Of a stretch of 64,000 bases of DNA, positions 63,918 to 64,000 are shown in pieces; position 1 is the first letter of the stretch, and every line of letters begins with the position of its first letter. This DNA comes from an uncultured delta proteobacterium (lineage in GTDB: Bacteria > Myxococcota > Myxococcia > Myxococcales > Anaeromyxobacteraceae): NCBI GenBank assembly GCA_963845515.1, contig CAWJSR010000002.1, positions 1-64,000 of the forward strand. The letters run 5' to 3'. The notes below the pieces were generated by a model. It saw nothing but the letters and a program-made list of their open reading frames with translations. It was not told the DNA's origin and did no database searches. Both the position numbers and the translations under genes were made by a program.

Positions 63918-64000
63918 GGGCGGAGTGCCCCCTGACCCTGCGCTCCCCGGTGGGGTAACGGGGGCGCACTCCGGGGGCTACGAGCTCGCCGAGGTGTAGT

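Noticed and set aside
63920..64000. Hairpin CGGAGTGCCCC...GGGGCGCACTCCG and 3' end of an upstream gene
   Set aside because: Could be a terminator or decayed REP, but too little context at the window edge to call.

Overview
High-GC bacterial DNA, most likely from an Anaeromyxobacter-like Myxococcota genome (inferred from gene content: zinc-ribbon/TPR protein, fadI-fadJ, OmcA/MtrC-type cytochrome, stand-alone nuoLMN, sigma54 regulation). Many genes carry single-base frameshifts typical of long-read consensus error. The first ~3.05 kb (recN 3' end, pyrG, M20 peptidase) is far noisier and looks chimerically joined to the rest. Core content: acyltransferase/epimerase, hslO, phosphoribosyltransferase, selB, GAF kinase + NtrC-type regulator, nuoNML, selA, an OmpR-type two-component pair, a decaheme lipoprotein cytochrome, fadJ/fadI, a YceI pair, ABC transporters, a Fur-boxed porin-feoAAB operon, an FN3 lipoprotein, a lower-GC Rhs toxin-immunity island, rnz, and a TetR/ABC1-kinase/Lol-like ABC operon with four permeases. 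Best leads: (1) a sigma54-driven ~70-nt single-hairpin sRNA with a C-rich loop between the NtrC gene and nuoN, resembling a minimal Pxr at the Pxr-type locus; (2) a signal-peptide Rhs protein whose predicted autocleavage exposes an N-terminal Trp on a Zn-phospholipase C/P1-nuclease-like toxin, followed by a lipoprotein immunity candidate, inside a segment bounded by an exact 19-bp direct repeat; (3) a nine-gene trans-envelope ABC system with a duplicated permease pair and an ABC1/UbiB kinase; (4) REP-like palindromes inserted in frame in coding sequences (selA and others). No database searches were run; family calls rest on recognised motifs.
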